Assembly: GCA_048938025.1 (NCBI GenBank)
Contig: JBHLMP010000008.1
Location: forward strand, 1 to 64,000
Direction of reading: 5' to 3'
Length of the DNA: 64,000 bases
From: Promethearchaeota archaeon
GTDB taxonomy: Archaea; Asgardarchaeota; Lokiarchaeia; Sigyniarchaeales; SOKP01
A program made the translations under genes and the position numbers. The notes beneath the pieces are model-generated. The model had not been told where the DNA came from. It ran no database searches and saw only the letters and a program-made list of their open reading frames with translations. This document shows positions 1 through 9,172 of the stretch, in pieces. How positions within the stretch are numbered: position 1 is the first letter of the stretch; the number at the start of each line of letters is the position of its first letter.

Positions 1-290
1 CGAAACATTTCTTCAGAATCTTTTAATTTCTGTTCAACCATAACAACTATACCTATAAGTAAAAGAATTGTGGCTAAAACAATGGTAAATACATTCACAA
101 ACTCATCAGCATCCCTCCATTTTAAAAAATCATCAAGTAAGTTTCCCAATGAATAAAATAAACAGCTGATCATTAGTGAAATGAGGAATAAACTCGTCGC
201 GTTATTTTTCTTAACAAATATAATTATCGTTATGAATATTCCAACAATAAAAAGGCATATAGCAATAGAATTCATAAAAAATTCAAGCAT
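1..290 (-). CDS. N-terminal part of a membrane sensor protein, probably a PAS-domain histidine kinase (truncated by window edge)
   Basis: Not in ORF track. ATG at 290-288 reads MLEFFMNSIAICLFIVG...VEQKLKDSEEMFR open to position 1, with three hydrophobic segments. EQKLKDSEExFR is the typical linker preceding PAS domains. Downstream of a response regulator. Confidence 0.65.
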   Translation of the reverse strand, partial: MLEFFMNSIAICLFIVGIFITIIIFVKKNNATSLFLISLMISCLFYSLGNLLDDFLKWRDADEFVNVFTIVLATILLLIGIVVMVEQKLKDSEEMF

Positions 291-611
291 CTAATCCTCA
301 CCAGAGTATTCTTGATTAGGTTTCTTTTTTCTTACTGCTTGGTTTTCTGAGATCAGTGCTTTATATTCATTAAATACTGCTATAATCAATAAAATTGCCC
401 CTAATAAAAGAAAAATAATCTCTAATAAACTGAAAAAATCGGATAATACAAGATCATCGAGAGAACTAAATGTTAAGACTAATATTAGAGAAAATAAACC
501 AGGAAGATATTTTATGAAATCTTTTCTTTTTTTAAATATTATTGGAAAATTTACAAAAGATATAATCGAAATAAGCATAGCGATGAATTTCACTAGCTCA
601 AATTCAGCCAT
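291..611 (-). CDS. small membrane protein (3 TM)
   Basis: 106 aa with three hydrophobic segments; stop abuts the start of the sensor gene. Confidence 0.6.
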   Translation of the reverse strand: MAEFELVKFIAMLISIISFVNFPIIFKKRKDFIKYLPGLFSLILVLTFSSLDDLVLSDFFSLLEIIFLLLGAILLIIAVFNEYKALISENQAVRKKKPNQEYSGED

Positions 612-657
612 TTAGAAAACTCTCCTTAAGATTGCCTTATTTACTTTTTAAATATTA

Positions 658-1461
658 TTATATAATTCCAATTAAATTATTAAACTCATTCATATCAAAA
701 GGCTTTAGAAAAAAGCCATCAGCTCCACTTTCATTTATCTTCTCATAAATTTCAGATTCAGGGACAGCTGTTATGTAATAGAGTGGGACTCTTTTCAACT
801 TGTCATTAGATTTGATTTTCTTACAAATTTCGTGTCCATTAATATCTGGTAAAAGAATATCTAACAAAATTAATTTTGGCATAAAAATATTCAATAATTC
901 AAGAGCTTCAGTACCTAAAGACACATCTTTACATTTATATCCTTTTTTTTCAAAATATTCTTTTAGTAGTGTAATAGTCGAGTGATCATCATCTACTATT
1001 AATATATCATATTGAAGATTTTTTGTATCTGGCTTGATAATTTTTTTTATTATTTTTTCAAGATTCAAACTTTTGTCAAAAATTTCTTTAATCTTTAATA
1101 AAATATCCCAATTTAGATCATCTTTATAGTTTTCAATCAATAAATGTGAAAATCCTTTAATACTATTGAGATTTTCTTTCAGTTCGTGTAAATATTCATT
1201 AAATGTATTCAATTCTGATAATCTTGGATTTTTTTCAATATAGAAATCCACTGCCTCTCTGATTAGCTTAGATAGTGTCGAAATGTCATTATTATTCGCG
1301 AAATTTTGCCAATTATTTTTCTTTTCTTCAGTAACCAAAATATTTATTCTTTCTTTACCCTTAGGATATATCTTTTCTCCTTTTTGCCACTTTTTGAATC
1401 CTTCAGTTACTTTACCTCTCCATAATGCTTTCTTTCCTGTTTCTTCCTCGTAGCTTTGCAT
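658..1461 (-). CDS. response regulator with RHH-like and HisKA-like N-terminal domains
   Basis: Receiver motifs ILIVDDD, LILLDILLPDING, FLKPF; H-box-like HELKENLNSIKGF; RHH-like RINILV...LSKLIREAV. Confidence 0.85.
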   Translation of the reverse strand: MQSYEEETGKKALWRGKVTEGFKKWQKGEKIYPKGKERINILVTEEKKNNWQNFANNNDISTLSKLIREAVDFYIEKNPRLSELNTFNEYLHELKENLNSIKGFSHLLIENYKDDLNWDILLKIKEIFDKSLNLEKIIKKIIKPDTKNLQYDILIVDDDHSTITLLKEYFEKKGYKCKDVSLGTEALELLNIFMPKLILLDILLPDINGHEICKKIKSNDKLKRVPLYYITAVPESEIYEKINESGADGFFLKPFDMNEFNNLIGII

Positions 1462-1769
1462 TTCATCATTTTTTCCTTTCCTATTAGAGATTTAAAATCA
1501 CCACAATACTATTAAAAATTCTATACAATAATTTAAATATATCATGATTTATGTATAAAATTATTTACTTATAATTAATTAATATATTTCTTAATATTAA
1601 AAATTCTTGTGAAATAATACCACTAAATAAATTTGGAAAAAATGTATAATATTATATAATAAAATTAAGTTCATACATATATTTATATATAATAATGTAT
1701 ATAAAAACACTAATACAAAATTTTCTATACATTATAAAAAAGTGATAAAAGAAAAAAAGAGGATATACG

Positions 1770-2507
1770 ATGAATATAGATAAAAAAGTATTAGCAATCT
1801 TTTTAGTTATTCTTGGGGCATCGATTTCGCTTTCAATTGTAGGGACTTATTATATATATGATGAATTAAATCCAAAAGAAAGTAAAAAATGGACTGAAGA
1901 ATTTAATATTGAGGATTGTACTTTTTCAACTACGGGAAATAATACTTATTTTATTCTGGAAATTGGTTATCAATTGATCTTAGAAGGTATTGATGAGGGA
2001 GATCTTGTTCATCTTAATATTACGGTCTTAAATGAGACCGAGATGATTGGAATTTATGACACTAGAGTAGTGCAAGAAGCAGAGTATGTTAATGGCGAAT
2101 TAATTGAGATTTCTCGCAATTTTTTTGCATTTTGTGAAGAGACTAGATCAGTTTTTTACTTTGGAGAAGATGTTGATATTTACGAAGGTGGGGTAGTTGT
2201 TCTCAATGGTAGCGAAGCAGGCGCATGGAGAGCCTTTGAAGGGGACAATAGACCAGGGATAATAATGCCAGGACAAACTTTAATAGGTGCTAGATATTAT
2301 AATGAGATTGCTCCTGGGGTTGCCATGGATAGAGCAGAAATTATGGATAATAATGCAACAATCACAATTCCATTTGGAACTTTTGAAGGATGTTTAGTAG
2401 TAAAAGAAACGAACCCTGTGGAAGCTGGCGCGTTAGAATATAAATATTATGCACCTGGTATTGGATTAATCATAGATGAGGTTGAATATTTAATTCAATA
2501 TGGTTAA
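1770..2507 (+). CDS. hypothetical membrane-anchored/secreted protein
   Basis: N-terminal hydrophobic helix followed by an acidic, beta-rich body ending in KYYAPGIGLI. Confidence 0.7.
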   Translation: MNIDKKVLAIFLVILGASISLSIVGTYYIYDELNPKESKKWTEEFNIEDCTFSTTGNNTYFILEIGYQLILEGIDEGDLVHLNITVLNETEMIGIYDTRVVQEAEYVNGELIEISRNFFAFCEETRSVFYFGEDVDIYEGGVVVLNGSEAGAWRAFEGDNRPGIIMPGQTLIGARYYNEIAPGVAMDRAEIMDNNATITIPFGTFEGCLVVKETNPVEAGALEYKYYAPGIGLIIDEVEYLIQYG

Positions 2508-2603
2508 TCTAGGTAAAGATAAGAAATTACCTAAATACTAAAAAAATAACTTTTTTTTTAACAATAATCTTTCTAAAATTCAGAAATAAAATATAGGTAA
2601 AAT

Positions 2604-4739
2604 TTAATATACTATATTTTCACGTTTTCGCACTTCCCACTCAGCTCTTTTGCCTGAATTATACCTATTTACCTCACTATAATAACCAGTTATTCTAGAA
2701 TATACTTTTACATCTTTAGAATGACATTGAGGACAAGAAAATTGTCCTCCTCGAAACATTCTCCTACATAATGGGCAATATGTAAAATCTATTGTATACG
2801 CAAAATAAGCTGTGTTAGTATTAAGACAAATGTTTTTGGTAAGTTCCCATAGTCCATTAATATCTGGCTTTTGCTCTCCAAGCCAAATATGTGTTATTAC
2901 ACCACCATTTACTATAGGATGGAAATTCCCTTGTTTTATTATTCTTTCTGATAATGAGATATCGGCATCATATCTGAAGTGATCTGAATTAGTGTAATAA
3001 GCAGAATTGCCAGATGATTGAACTATTGCTTTTTTTGGAAAATGTCTTAAATCCAATCTTGCTAGGCGATTAGCTGCCTGTTCACTTGGTTGTTCCCAAA
3101 GAGAATATGATTTTTTATCCCTTTCTGTCATGGTATTACATTTTGCAACCATATAATTTAAGATTTTTTTCCCAAGTTCATAAGAGGTATCATCTTCATG
3201 TAATTCATAGCCAGTTAAACTTTTAACTGCTTCATTTAATCCTGTAAATCCTATTGAAACGTTCTGATCTTTTATATTGAAAATCGGCTTGCCATTAATT
3301 TTACCACTACAGAGAGGTAAATGTCCAGTTTTCAATCTCTTTTCCATTAAATTCCATTTTTTACGTAAAATTCTAGCAGAAAGCTCCATTTTCTCATCCA
3401 GTATTGTAAAATAGTTATCTTCATTTTCAGACAAATAAGCATACCGAGGAAGATTTAAACTTACACTTTGTAGTGAACCAATAGTAACATAATTATCCCA
3501 TATATTTGCTATTTTCTTTTTTTCAGGATCAAGAAAACATTGCTCAATAATTTGATTACCACTTAGAAATTTTCTGCAACATTGACTATGAATTTCATCT
3601 GGCATCCAATCTGGACACATGTTGAGAAAATAAGGAGTTCCCATTGTCGCGACTTCTTCCATAATTTTTAGATAAGATGATTCAAATTCCTTTAACCAAT
3701 CCTTCTTTATTTTAATTTCATGTTTAGGAAAAGCAAAAAGCTTACCATTATAATCACCTTGAATATAGACATCAGTTAAGGCATCAAATAATTGAAGGCA
3801 TTCATCCTTATAATCCCCATATTTTCCAACTACTTTTCCATGAGGTCCAACAGCAGGAATATCTAACAAACCTTTTGGAATAGTAGGAGTACAAGAAATT
3901 GAGGTAAAAGGCACTTGACCACCTCTTGCAGCAAAAATTTGATTTGTCTCAAAAATTAAACATTGCATAGATTGTTCAATTTCTCTATCAGAAACTTGTT
4001 TAGCATATGGTGCCAGAAAGGTAGTAATATAATCATAACCTTGACCACCTGAAAATTCACCCTGAATGATGCCTAACCATTTTGCCAGGTGAGTAACAGC
4101 TACCCGCAAGCTTCCTGCTGGACCAGATCTGCTACAATGGGCCCAACTATCAACTGGAGGTAAACCATGCTCAAGAATTAACCTAGGATCCCATTCCTGA
4201 CAGAATGGACGCAAATCGAAATAACGGAGCATATGAATATGAATGTCTCCATAAAGATGGGCGTGAGCTTCTTCTGAATCCAAAATTCTTAATAGGGCAT
4301 ATTCATCTGATATTCTATTTGCTGCCCAATGATGGATACTTTCTGGATTCATATCTTGATTTGCATTTTCATTAACACCATTCTCTAAAATAGCTTCATA
4401 ATCCATTAATGGCATTCCAATTCTAGTATATAACTTTCTTTCCTCTTCAAAATGTTGTTCTGATAAGATAGAACATACTATTTCTCTAATATGAGGACCA
4501 GAGAGAAAACGAATACCAGATGAGATAATTCTTCTCACTACAAATTCAGTAATCTTATCAGCTGCGTCTTTATCTAATCCTGTTTCTTTAATAATACTTT
4601 GCTCAATTTTTAAAGGATCAAAGGATACTACGTCACCTTCAGTTCTAAAAACTCTCGGTAATAAATTTTTTAGTAAATTACTTTTTAAGTTTTTTTCTTT
4701 TTTATCTTTTACAGTCTCAGAATTTGGAACCAAAACCAA
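2604..4739 (-). CDS. nrdD: anaerobic (class III) ribonucleoside-triphosphate reductase with ATP cone
   Basis: N-terminal ATP cone, GDIHIH, finger loop SQCCR, CxxC...CxxC Zn site, glycyl-radical motif RITGYY. Confidence 0.95.
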   Translation of the reverse strand: MVLVPNSETVKDKKEKNLKSNLLKNLLPRVFRTEGDVVSFDPLKIEQSIIKETGLDKDAADKITEFVVRRIISSGIRFLSGPHIREIVCSILSEQHFEEERKLYTRIGMPLMDYEAILENGVNENANQDMNPESIHHWAANRISDEYALLRILDSEEAHAHLYGDIHIHMLRYFDLRPFCQEWDPRLILEHGLPPVDSWAHCSRSGPAGSLRVAVTHLAKWLGIIQGEFSGGQGYDYITTFLAPYAKQVSDREIEQSMQCLIFETNQIFAARGGQVPFTSISCTPTIPKGLLDIPAVGPHGKVVGKYGDYKDECLQLFDALTDVYIQGDYNGKLFAFPKHEIKIKKDWLKEFESSYLKIMEEVATMGTPYFLNMCPDWMPDEIHSQCCRKFLSGNQIIEQCFLDPEKKKIANIWDNYVTIGSLQSVSLNLPRYAYLSENEDNYFTILDEKMELSARILRKKWNLMEKRLKTGHLPLCSGKINGKPIFNIKDQNVSIGFTGLNEAVKSLTGYELHEDDTSYELGKKILNYMVAKCNTMTERDKKSYSLWEQPSEQAANRLARLDLRHFPKKAIVQSSGNSAYYTNSDHFRYDADISLSERIIKQGNFHPIVNGGVITHIWLGEQKPDINGLWELTKNICLNTNTAYFAYTIDFTYCPLCRRMFRGGQFSCPQCHSKDVKVYSRITGYYSEVNRYNSGKRAEWEVRKRENIVY

Positions 4740-5158
4740 ATTAAACCATCACCTTATTAATTTTTTACTATTCTTATACAATAAAGAGGGATAATATTGG
4801 ACTAATAATCAAATAATATTGTCGGCAATATGAACTGAACTAAAAGAATTATTTAATATTTATTTATCGTTAATATTTTACCTCTTTTGATATAAAAATT
4901 TATTTGTTTTTTCAATTTAAATTTAATTTATTAACTCCTTATTTGAAATTTGAGAACTTGGCTATTTAAATTACGAAAAAAATGTGTAATTTTCAGACTA
5001 ATTCTAAAATGTTATACTGTATCTATATGATTCCAAATTATACGTAAATTTGTCGTTAAATTTGTGTTTTTTATTAAGTTATCAAAAAAAATTTTATAAG
5101 AAGTAATGATGAGTATATTTAAATAAAAAAATTTGAGAACTAACAAGGTTATTCTTAC

Positions 5159-5488
5159 ATGAAGAGATATACAATTAATAAAAATGAGGTTCAACCAACA
5201 AAATCTTTGGAAGGAATTTACCGAAAAACACTGATATATAACAATGATATGATGCTTTGTTTATTTATACTCAAAAAAGGGGCTGAAATTCCTCTCCATA
5301 ACCATAAAGAAACTCAAATTGGATACATAATCAGAGGTAAACTAAAATTTTTTACTGAGGATAGTGAATTTATTGCGAAAGAGGGTGATAGCTACGTTTT
5401 TGAATCAAATGAAAAGCATGGAGCTTCTATTTTAGAAGATGCTGAGGTTATTGATGTGTTCAATCCTTCTAGGGATGATTATAAATAA
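5159..5488 (+). CDS. cupin-domain protein
   Basis: PLHNHKETQ...G...H cupin motifs; DVFNPSRDDY C-terminus. Confidence 0.9.
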   Translation: MKRYTINKNEVQPTKSLEGIYRKTLIYNNDMMLCLFILKKGAEIPLHNHKETQIGYIIRGKLKFFTEDSEFIAKEGDSYVFESNEKHGASILEDAEVIDVFNPSRDDYK

Positions 5489-5540
5489 AATCCAAAATTC
5501 TTGGTTTAATATTAGAGGAGTAAAATTTTGAGATATAAAT

Positions 5541-5894
5541 TTACCACACATATACCGCAACAGCAAAAATCGCAAACACACAGAAAAAAAACTCCCCTAA
5601 CAACCAATCGTAAAAAAATTCCTTTTTCTTATCCCTATTATTTTTTATTTTTGTTGCCAATCCAAAACTTATGGCAGAATTAGTTCCTAAAAAAATTATT
5701 AGGCTAAACGATATAGCACCTATTGTTATGTCAATTACTCTTAAAAAGATATCAAAAAGTATCCAAACACCAACAAATCCCCCCAAAGCGAATAGAAAAA
5801 ACCATCCAGAAAATTGTATAATTTTCTCAAATCTAATATCTATTTCGTACCTACTGGTTGGTTGTATAATGCGTTTTTTCTTAAATTTTGACAT
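5541..5894 (-). CDS. hypothetical membrane protein (3 TM)
   Basis: Three hydrophobic segments; co-oriented with the NAC/PUA/PAN cluster. Confidence 0.65.
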   Translation of the reverse strand: MSKFKKKRIIQPTSRYEIDIRFEKIIQFSGWFFLFALGGFVGVWILFDIFLRVIDITIGAISFSLIIFLGTNSAISFGLATKIKNNRDKKKEFFYDWLLGEFFFCVFAIFAVAVYVW

Positions 5895-6015
5895 ATTAGA
5901 TTATAATTTATGATTCTTTAATAATATAAATTTTTATGATTCTTAATTTTTATTTTTTCAGCTAATTAAAATAAATATTCCAAATTTAGTCCAATTTATA
6001 ACAGAAACGTTTCAA

Positions 6016-6504
6016 TTAAGGTCTATTCTTTAAGAACAGAATAGCTTTAGCAATGTCTCCATTACAATCTCTTAATACAGATTCGGCTTCTTTTGGATCT
6101 ACATTTGTTTGTGCAGCAACTAACATTATATCATTTTCAGTTATTGTAGGTTTTATTTCAGATTCATCTAAAGGTTCTGCTTCTACTCTCTCCTCCTGTT
6201 CTGAAATAGCTATCTCATCCGGCAAGAATTCTTCTGTTTCTCCGATTACTTGATATATTTCTTGACCAGCTTGCTTCATTAAAATCACTTCAGGTTGGTT
6301 AATAACTAATGTTTTATTAGGACTTTCAATTATTACTCTAGTTGCATCTACTTGATCCATTTCTATACCCTGCTGTGCCATTCTTCTACGCATCTGCCTT
6401 GATCCAAATTGTGCTCCTTCTCGGTTTTTAACGGTCTGCGGTCTTTTGGGTTTACTCTTTTGCTTTTCTTGCATTTCTTTTGGTAGTTTTACCATTTTTA
6501 TCAC
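6016..6504 (-). CDS. nac: nascent polypeptide-associated complex protein
   Basis: RQMRRRMAQQGI...YQVIG NAC domain plus C-terminal UBA-like DIMLVAAQT...GDIAKAI. Confidence 0.92.
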   Translation of the reverse strand: MIKMVKLPKEMQEKQKSKPKRPQTVKNREGAQFGSRQMRRRMAQQGIEMDQVDATRVIIESPNKTLVINQPEVILMKQAGQEIYQVIGETEEFLPDEIAISEQEERVEAEPLDESEIKPTITENDIMLVAAQTNVDPKEAESVLRDCNGDIAKAILFLKNRP

Positions 6505-6544
6505 AATATAGACTATTTATCTAATAATTATAATTAATTGAAAT

Positions 6545-7036
6545 TTATATTTTTGATTTATTGACTCCTTTTCTAACATTTATAGCAATACCACTGGAAA
6601 AAGATTTTATACAAGGAACAGGAATTTTTAATCTACCAATAGCCAATAACTCATCATCTTGATTTACAATAATAACCTCATCTAGTGGTCTTAATATATC
6701 GTCAATCTCAACAACATGTTTACAAAAAACATTTCTGCCTTTTTTGATAAATTCTGATATATCACTTAATACTACAACTCTTAATCTCGGAGTTGTGCAG
6801 TTTTCAATTATTTTTTTAGCAGAGTATAAACTTAATGTAAAAAAACCGTTCTTAGGCTTTAAAGTGAGCAATAAGTTATTCTTAGAATAAATATATCTAA
6901 TTCTATTTGTGTTTTTTGACCGTTCAATGCGAATATTTTTAATAACATCAAATAAGATATCAGTTATATCAGTTCCAAATTGATAATCAGAAATACCTTT
7001 AATTTTTCTTAAGTCTAGTAAAAATTCAGTTCCCAT
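6545..7036 (-). CDS. PUA-domain RNA-binding protein (archaeosine TGT C-terminal-like)
   Basis: DYQFG, GRNVFCKHV, LRPLDEVIIVN, AINVRKG motifs. Confidence 0.85.
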   Translation of the reverse strand: MGTEFLLDLRKIKGISDYQFGTDITDILFDVIKNIRIERSKNTNRIRYIYSKNNLLLTLKPKNGFFTLSLYSAKKIIENCTTPRLRVVVLSDISEFIKKGRNVFCKHVVEIDDILRPLDEVIIVNQDDELLAIGRLKIPVPCIKSFSSGIAINVRKGVNKSKI

Positions 7037-7109
7037 TTTAAATTATATCAAAGATTTGTTACTTTAAAAAAGAGTCTAGGGAATAAATAATTAATATAAA
7101 ATTAGATTA

Positions 7110-8318
7110 TTAGGAATAAAGTCGAGACTCAATAGATGCGTCCCTAATCTTATTCATCACTTTACTTATTGCATCTAGAAAGTCGTTAAAAACAATCATT
7201 TCTGCATCTTTTCTTATTGCAAACATTCCAGCTTCTGTAGAAATCGCTTTAATATCTGCTCCAGTCGCTCCCTCTGTTAGATTTACTAATCTTTTGAAAT
7301 CTATCTTCTCTTCAGTATTTAAACCTCTTGTATGAATTCTAAAAATAGCTTCTCTTGCTCTCTCGTCCGGAATTGGAAAATCAATCATTCTATCAAATCT
7401 TCCAGGTCTTAATAATGCGGGGTCTAAGATGTCTATTCTATTTGTTGCACCTATAATTTTAACATCTCCTCTCTGTTCAAATCCGTCCAATTCACTTAAT
7501 AACTGCATTAGAGTTCTTTGTACTTCTCTATCACCAGATGTGGCTATTTTTAGTCTTTGAGAACCAATTGCGTCTAATTCATCTATAAATAGTATTGTTG
7601 GGGCTTTTTCTTTTGCTAGATTAAATATCTCTCTTACTAATCGAGCACCTTCACCAATGAATTTTTGAACTAGCTCAGATCCTATAATTCTTATAAATGT
7701 AGCTTCTGTTTCATGAGCAACTGCTTTTGCTAATAAAGTTTTTCCAGTACCAGGAGCCCCATAAAGCAAAACTCCTTTAGGAGGATCAATACCTATTCTT
7801 TTAAATAGTTCTGGTTTCTTGAGTGGTAATTCTACAGTTTCTCTTACTTCTTGTATTTGGTCTTCAAGTCCACCAATATCTACATATGATATATCTGGAA
7901 TTGAATCTATCACTTCCATACCTTTTACAAATGGATCCAATTTTGTAGGCAAAATTTCCATAATAGCAAATGTTCTTTGATTTAAAGCAACTCTCATACC
8001 AGGAGTTAACTTTTCATTTCTTACTTTTCGGCTGGCATTAACAACAAAACTAGGTCCAGTTGAACTCTTGACTATGGCTCTTCCTTTATCATCTAAAAAA
8101 TCTATAATAGTTGCTGATACAAGTGGTGGTTCTCTTAATCTATCGATTTCATTTCTTAAACTATGTAATTCTTGTTCTAATCTTAAGCGTTCAGCATCTA
8201 GTAACTGCTTTTCTGTTTCTAAATTTCGAAGTCTTTTTTCTAGATGTCTTGTATAAGTAATTAGATATTCTCCATCTTTAGTTTCTTCTTTTTTTCTTTT
8301 ATCTTTTGTTGTTGTCAA
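7110..8318 (-). CDS. pan: proteasome-activating nucleotidase (AAA+)
   Basis: Coiled coil, PP motif, Walker A GAPGTGKT, Walker B FIDELD, LLRPGRFDR, C-terminal HbYX (LYS). Confidence 0.97.
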   Translation of the reverse strand: MTTTKDKRKKEETKDGEYLITYTRHLEKRLRNLETEKQLLDAERLRLEQELHSLRNEIDRLREPPLVSATIIDFLDDKGRAIVKSSTGPSFVVNASRKVRNEKLTPGMRVALNQRTFAIMEILPTKLDPFVKGMEVIDSIPDISYVDIGGLEDQIQEVRETVELPLKKPELFKRIGIDPPKGVLLYGAPGTGKTLLAKAVAHETEATFIRIIGSELVQKFIGEGARLVREIFNLAKEKAPTILFIDELDAIGSQRLKIATSGDREVQRTLMQLLSELDGFEQRGDVKIIGATNRIDILDPALLRPGRFDRMIDFPIPDERAREAIFRIHTRGLNTEEKIDFKRLVNLTEGATGADIKAISTEAGMFAIRKDAEMIVFNDFLDAISKVMNKIRDASIESRLYS

Positions 8319-8560
8319 ATAGAATATACCCCTTCATTTCTTACAATAATTTTAATTTTTTAAGAAAATTTCTTAAAATATTAATAAATTTTTAATCATT
8401 TAAATTTAAGGTTGTAACTTTATTATCGTAGGTAAATCTCGATTTTTAAAAAATTTATATATTATATTTTATAATGATTATCCATTAAAACAATAAATTA
8501 TAAGAGTTCTTGTTCCAATTTTATAAGTATAATATTCATAGGATCATTTAAGTTTCAAAT

Positions 8561-9094
8561 ATGTCGAAAAAAGGAACTGGTAATTACAGTAGGGAATGTC
8601 CCATTTGTGGAGGTATAATATGGGGAAAAGGACAATATGTTTTACTTGAGGGTGCAAAGATCGTTGTATGCCAAAGCTGTGCTCAATACGGTACTAAAAT
8701 CTATGAAAGGCCAAAAACCTCTCAATTAAAAAAATCAAATTATAATCAATCAATTTCTACTTCTAAAAAATCCAAACCTAAACAAGATTTATTTGATAAT
8801 GTTGAAATAGTTCCGGATTATGCTAAAAGAATCAGAAACACCCGAAATTCCCACAATCTTAATCAAGAACAATTTGCTCAGAAGTTAAATGAAAAACCCT
8901 CACTATTACGTAGAATTGAAGCCGGGAAAGCTGAACCTACAATAAAATTGGCAAAAAAAATTGAACAAATTTATCATATAAAATTATTAAAAAAAGTTGA
9001 TGAAATCGAAGCAAGTGTAAATAGTAGTAAGTATATGAAAAAATTAGGTGGTTCTTCGCTTGGAGATATTGCTTTTATTAAAAAAAAGAAGTAG
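8561..9094 (+). CDS. mbf1: multiprotein bridging factor aMBF1 (Zn ribbon + HTH)
   Basis: CPICG...CQSCA Zn ribbon, Cro-like HTH, SLGD C-terminal motif; next to pan. Confidence 0.9.
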   Translation: MSKKGTGNYSRECPICGGIIWGKGQYVLLEGAKIVVCQSCAQYGTKIYERPKTSQLKKSNYNQSISTSKKSKPKQDLFDNVEIVPDYAKRIRNTRNSHNLNQEQFAQKLNEKPSLLRRIEAGKAEPTIKLAKKIEQIYHIKLLKKVDEIEASVNSSKYMKKLGGSSLGDIAFIKKKK

Positions 9095-9172
9095 AACTTA
9101 TTTAAAAAGAAATTATTATGTTTAAAATTTAAAATCTTATTATTTTTTATCATTATATCTGAGATTATTTAT

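Noticed and set aside
1462-1769. AT-rich intergenic region as a repeat or ncRNA
   Set aside because: Only low-complexity A/T; consistent with divergent promoters.
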